This document shows positions 60,025 through 64,000 of a stretch of 64,000 nt of DNA, one piece after another. The stretch is taken from contig QQUJ01000004.1 in the NCBI GenBank assembly GCA_008501635.1, positions 3,085-67,084 of the forward strand, read 5' to 3'. Numbering within the stretch: position 1 is the stretch's first letter; each line of letters starts with the position of its first letter. The DNA comes from Pseudomonadota bacterium (GTDB taxonomy: Bacteria; Pseudomonadota; Gammaproteobacteria; QQUJ01). A program made the translations under genes and the position numbers. The notes under the pieces were generated by a model. That model made no database searches, was not told the origin of the DNA, and saw only the letters and a list, made by a program, of their open reading frames with translations.

Positions 60025-61377
60025 TCAGCGTGCCATGCTCGCTGCTTGTTTGGCCAGCTGCTCCGCCTTGGTATAGTTCTCACGCGCAAACGCGTCCCAA
60101 CGCTGCTCGACTTCCGCTTGACGCTCGGGAACCGTGTCGGTTGATTTCTTGCGTTTCTTTTGGAAAATCGCGACGAAATTCGGATTGCTGGCTTCGCTTT
60201 CGCTGACCGGAATCGCGCCTAGATGTTGCCGCGCCTGATCAAGCAGCTTCTGCCCCTCTTTGTTGGGCTTCTTCGCCAGCGCTGCAGTCGCTTCGTGAAT
60301 CGCCCCGGTCGCCGCGCGTAATTCGTCCATACGGAAGGTGATAAGCTGATCGAACAGCGAGTTGACCAGATTGTAGCGGCCCTCCGAAAGGTCGGAATCG
60401 AACTTGACCGCGGCCCCGATCGATTTGTCCTTGAAAGGATTCGGCAGACCCTCCGGTGCCTTGGCATAAATCGCCGGCTTGACCGGCAGACGCTGGATCT
60501 TCTTGTCGAACAAAATCTCCTGGCCCTCGTCGGAGAGCAGATAGTCGATAAACGCCGCTGCGGCATTGGGATGGGGTGCGTTCTTGATGATTCCGACGTT
60601 GGCCGGGACCAGTGCGGTTATCGTCGGATAGACAAAATCGACCGGGAATCCCGAGGCCCTGGATGAGAAACCGAAGAAGTCGATCACGATACCGATGCCG
60701 AACTCACCGCTGTTGACACCGTCCGGCACGCCGAAGCTGCGCTCGGTAACCGTACTGAAGTTTCCGCCCATCTCCTTCATCGAGGCCCAACCCTTATCCC
60801 AGCCTTCACCCTGCAGCAGGGCCTCGACAGTAAGATGGGTGGTGCCGGAACGTGAAGGCGCCGACATGCCCACGTGACCGAAGTAGATGGGCTTCTTGAG
60901 ATCATCCCACTCTTTGGGGACAGGTAACTTTTTGGCCTTCAGATAACGCGTGTTGTACATGATCCCGTAACCGGATGCCGCAAAGCCGAAGAAATGGCCA
61001 TCGGGATCGTTGATGGGAAAAGAGCCGATCATATCCGGAATGCCTTCGGACTTCGGCTGATACTTCTGCAGCAGACCTCTACCCTTGAGCACGCCAAAGG
61101 CATCGGGGGCGGATACCCAGAACAGATCCGAGGTATTGTTTGCCGCCGTCTCCTGGATGTACTTGACGCCGGCGGAGGTCTTTTTGTTCAGCACTTCCAC
61201 CTTGACCTGCGGGTATTTGCTTTCGAATGCCGCCTGGAAGGGGCCGGTCAGATCCTCCGGAAACGAGGTGACGATAACCAGTTTGTCTTCCAATGCAGCC
61301 GTCCCGGAGAGCGGAACGAGCAGCAGGCAGGCCAGCAGGGTACGTAGTGTTCGATGCGCGAATCGGTGGGGGTGCAT
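60025..61377 (-). CDS. Periplasmic substrate-binding protein (iron(III)/family-1 SBP) with about 100-aa C-terminal helical extension
   Basis: Signal peptide. FbpA-like SBP core about 340 aa, followed by an extra charged helical tail (…KKPNKEGQKLLDQARQHLG…KAEQLAKQAASMAR). Confidence 0.65.
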   Translation of the reverse strand: MHPHRFAHRTLRTLLACLLLVPLSGTAALEDKLVIVTSFPEDLTGPFQAAFESKYPQVKVEVLNKKTSAGVKYIQETAANNTSDLFWVSAPDAFGVLKGRGLLQKYQPKSEGIPDMIGSFPINDPDGHFFGFAASGYGIMYNTRYLKAKKLPVPKEWDDLKKPIYFGHVGMSAPSRSGTTHLTVEALLQGEGWDKGWASMKEMGGNFSTVTERSFGVPDGVNSGEFGIGIVIDFFGFSSRASGFPVDFVYPTITALVPANVGIIKNAPHPNAAAAFIDYLLSDEGQEILFDKKIQRLPVKPAIYAKAPEGLPNPFKDKSIGAAVKFDSDLSEGRYNLVNSLFDQLITFRMDELRAATGAIHEATAALAKKPNKEGQKLLDQARQHLGAIPVSESEASNPNFVAIFQKKRKKSTDTVPERQAEVEQRWDAFARENYTKAEQLAKQAASMAR

Positions 61378-62050
61378 ATTATTGACTCCTCGTTCGGGTC
61401 GTAATGCGGTTAGGGAGATAGCGAATTGTTATGGGGAATGCCTTGATAAAGTATGCAGCCAATCCCCATTAATGCAATATTGAAATTATTCCCGATAGAC
61501 TGGATACGGATGAGATCCGACCCTCAGACGCCCCGCTGCACTTTTTCAGATATCGAATCCAATCCACTCCTCCTCACCCGTGTCACACGGGACGCTTCGA
61601 TCACCATGCGCACGGCGTTGGCGAAGAGTATCGGGGGCAGATCACGGTTTTCTCACCGTGAAATCCACTTCTGACCTAGCCCTATCATTCGGGATTTGAA
61701 TTCATCTGACACTGGCGGTCGGATGCAATATTAGAACCTATCCAAAGCCAAACAGATCCCGGTTGCTTCTTCAAATTGTAAAAACATTCGCCCCTGGCGA
61801 TTCTCGTGTTCTTCGCGGCGTTGCGCGAAACCGCATCACCCGACCAACCACGGTTAAAGCGACCCGCCTCGATTTCACCCTCACCGCTCATCGTAAAAGG
61901 AAGACTTACCTGGAGTGACTCTCGCCGGGTTCCCGATTATTGAGTTCATAGGGGGATTTCTGACCGTTGAGGGACGGGCCAGGGGGCGATGGACAACAAT
62001 CGTAGCATTCTGCTACATTTGCTCGTGTTAGAGTTGAAAGGAGAATTGCC

Positions 62051-62467
62051 ATGGCTAAAGCTGCCTCCCCTGTGCGCCTGCAGGAGGAACTGATGCAGGC
62101 CGCCACCATTGCCGGATCTCGACTGCACCGCAGCGCCGCCGAGCAGGTGGAATACTGGGCGGATCTGGGCCGTCAGATCTCACGATTTGTTGATCCCGAT
62201 GCCTTGCTTGGGGTCGCGGCGGGCCTGGCCCGGTTGAAAGTGGAACCTGCGGTTGGCCAGCCTGTCGATCCCGACGCGGTCTTTGCCGCCGTTGAAGCGG
62301 ATCGTCACTCAGGCGCGTTGGCCGAACGGTTTACGAGCGGCAAGACACGCTACGTCATGTCCAATGCGCAACCCGGCTATCTGGAGCGGATTGACGAGCA
62401 GGGCGTGCGTACGATCGGGCAATTCAAGAACGGCGAGTTTATTCCTTTTGACGGAGAGGCCGCTTGA
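62051..62467 (+). CDS. Putative antitoxin (ParD-like N-terminal region) of a zeta-toxin-type TA pair
   Basis: 138 aa. RBS GAAAGGAGAA. Stop overlaps the TTG start of the downstream P-loop toxin. Call based mainly on gene context. Confidence 0.4.
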   Translation: MAKAASPVRLQEELMQAATIAGSRLHRSAAEQVEYWADLGRQISRFVDPDALLGVAAGLARLKVEPAVGQPVDPDAVFAAVEADRHSGALAERFTSGKTRYVMSNAQPGYLERIDEQGVRTIGQFKNGEFIPFDGEAA

Positions 62468-63039
62468 GTGACAAGAAGCAGCTCTGGATCCTGGTCGGTG
62501 GTAATGGCGCGGGGAAGAGCACCTTCTACGAGCACTACCTCAAGCCGCTGGGGCTCCCGTTTGTCAACGCCGATGTCATCGCCAGGAATGCCTATCCCGA
62601 CGCCCCTGAAGCGCATAGTTATGAAGCGGCCAGGCTTGCGGAGGGGTTTCGGCATGAGCTTTTGCTGAACGGTTCAAGTTTCTGCTTCGAAACCGTCTAC
62701 TCGCATCCTTCAAAAGTGGACTTCATCGCACAAGCCAAGGCGCTGGGCTATGAGGTGATCATGGTGATGATCCACGTCCAGAGCGCACTCGTGAATCAGG
62801 CGCGTATCGCGATTCGGGTTTCCGAGGGTGGCCACGCCGTACCCGATAAGAAGGTGAAAGAACGCATCCCCCGGATGCTCAAACTTGTTAAAGCCTCAAT
62901 CCCCCTCTGCGACCAAGTGCGGGTCTACGACAACACTTCAGATGAAGAACCTTTTGTGCCAGTGATGTACGTCAAAGAGGGCATTGTTGAGCGACACCAG
63001 AATCCATTGCCCGACTGGGCTTTATCGTTGGTTTCCTGA
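62464..63039 (+). CDS. Zeta-toxin-like P-loop kinase (toxin component)
   Basis: 191 aa. Walker A LVGGNGAGKST near the N-terminus. Size and layout of short zeta/PezT-family toxins. Translationally coupled to the upstream small gene. Confidence 0.55.
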   Translation: MSDKKQLWILVGGNGAGKSTFYEHYLKPLGLPFVNADVIARNAYPDAPEAHSYEAARLAEGFRHELLLNGSSFCFETVYSHPSKVDFIAQAKALGYEVIMVMIHVQSALVNQARIAIRVSEGGHAVPDKKVKERIPRMLKLVKASIPLCDQVRVYDNTSDEEPFVPVMYVKEGIVERHQNPLPDWALSLVS

Positions 63040-63401
63040 CACAAACCTAGAGGATCCCATCTCTATCCATAGATTGAATGGCAACAATTTTGGGCGGCAC
63101 TGGGCGGAAGCGGGTCCGTTTAAACGGTTCACTGTAAATCGCGCACGAGACGGAAGAATGTGCGTTATCGCGACACTGCCGTATTCCGCACGAGCTATCG
63201 CGGACTCTCCATCAATACTGTGTGCAGACCTCCTGGAAGAATTCCGCGAAGACTCTTTACGACCCAAAGCGGTGTTTGGTACCGACAGAATGAGCCCTTC
63301 CCATTTCTCGAAACTCGCGAATACGGTGCTCGACTTGGGGTGTTCGACTCCAAAATATGAATCTGTCGCCTTTTTCGATCCTTATCGGGATGTCCGAAAT
63401 A

Positions 63402-64000
63402 TCAGGGGTGCCTCACACTGCCCCCAATGATCGCGAATGACAATAGCGGCCGCAAGCGCCGACGAAAAACAAGCAGTGCGATCAACAGCAACAGCATAAC
63501 GCCAGCCGCAACCGGATACGCGATCGCGAGCACTACCGGAGCGAGTACGCCGCGAACCAGCGCGCGCGCCCAGTCACGCGCCGCGATCCAGTCGGCGAGC
63601 GGCGGCGAGACGCGGTAGTACCAGTCCACGAAGGATTGACCCGGTGCATTCGTGAGCAGCCAGCGGTCGCGGAACTGGCGCAGCGTGGCGACATGAGGGT
63701 CGAGCCAGGAGCCATAAGCTGCCGTGGCGATAAAACACAGGCCATCAGTCCCGAAGACGACATCACCCGTGCCGTCACCACCACCAGGAAACGGAATGAC
63801 AACCTGAATCGCGGGCGAGAAAGCCACGTTGTTGCCTTCCTCGGGGTCGAACGTAGCGTGAACGATCTCGACTCGCATTGTCTCGAGACCAACCGGGCCA
63901 GACAGGGCTCGAAACACACGGCTCTCGGTCAGCTGCCCCCCCGGCGGTACGGGCGAATCGAGAGGTACGTCGTACACTGTTCCATGTTCGCACACTGGAC
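63402..64000 (-). CDS. Partial gene (N-terminus beyond window end): secreted protein with conserved CFIATAAYGS...LRQFRDRWLL motif followed by a C-terminal TM helix and RRR tail
   Basis: Open frame continues to the window edge. C-terminal architecture (Cys-containing conserved block, hydrophobic helix, basic tail) resembles a C-terminal sorting or anchoring signal. Confidence 0.45.
   Translation of the reverse strand, partial: PVCEHGTVYDVPLDSPVPPGGQLTESRVFRALSGPVGLETMRVEIVHATFDPEEGNNVAFSPAIQVVIPFPGGGDGTGDVVFGTDGLCFIATAAYGSWLDPHVATLRQFRDRWLLTNAPGQSFVDWYYRVSPPLADWIAARDWARALVRGVLAPVVLAIAYPVAAGVMLLLLIALLVFRRRLRPLLSFAIIGGSVRHP

Noticed and set aside
62984-63430. 148-aa ORF overlapping the zeta-toxin gene end and extending through the low-GC tail
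   Set aside because: N-terminal third overlaps the toxin gene. The remaining about 90 codons have no RBS or motifs. Kept only as a note in the islet finding.

Overview
This is a high-GC, gene-dense chromosomal window of a gammaproteobacterium. Family placement is inferred from E. coli-like synteny, not from any search: pepA-holC-valS, lptF-lptG divergent from pepA, pcnB-folK, panBCD.

Most of the window is housekeeping. It holds a SulP anion transporter, a yhiI-rbbA-yhhJ-type efflux locus, a TbADH-like NADP alcohol dehydrogenase, and pgi divergent from glgA. It also holds pcnB-folK-deoxynucleoside kinase-panBCD, tRNA-Glu(CUC), and a TAXI-TRAP transporter with two solute receptors and an embedded aminotransferase. 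Further along are fbaB, feoB, lptFG, pepA, holC, valS, hisI, hisG and an Fe(III)-type ABC importer. A complete Rnf electron-transport operon sits in the unusual order rnfC-D-G-E-A-B.

The accessory or unusual content is:
1. A low-GC three-gene cassette at 10.3-12.7 kb (small protein, membrane-anchored coiled-coil protein, Mrr-like PD-(D/E)xK nuclease) wedged just downstream of rnfB. It is a candidate uncharacterised defence module and the best candidate for a novel system.
2. Two about 160-bp MITE-like elements with 18-bp terminal inverted repeats, in inverted orientation, that bracket a sigma-54 response regulator/histidine kinase/dihaem plus tetrahaem cytochrome c module.
3. Three tandem 140-185 bp structured repeats between valS and hisI.
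4. A zeta-toxin-like TA pair in an AT-rich islet, followed by a partial gene carrying a CFIATAAYGS motif.
5. Several atypical protein architectures: an N-terminally extended RnfA, a long RnfG, an alpha/beta-fold plus TlpA fusion inserted between holC and valS, and a probable AUU start on pcnB.

No rRNA, CRISPR array or transposase was seen.
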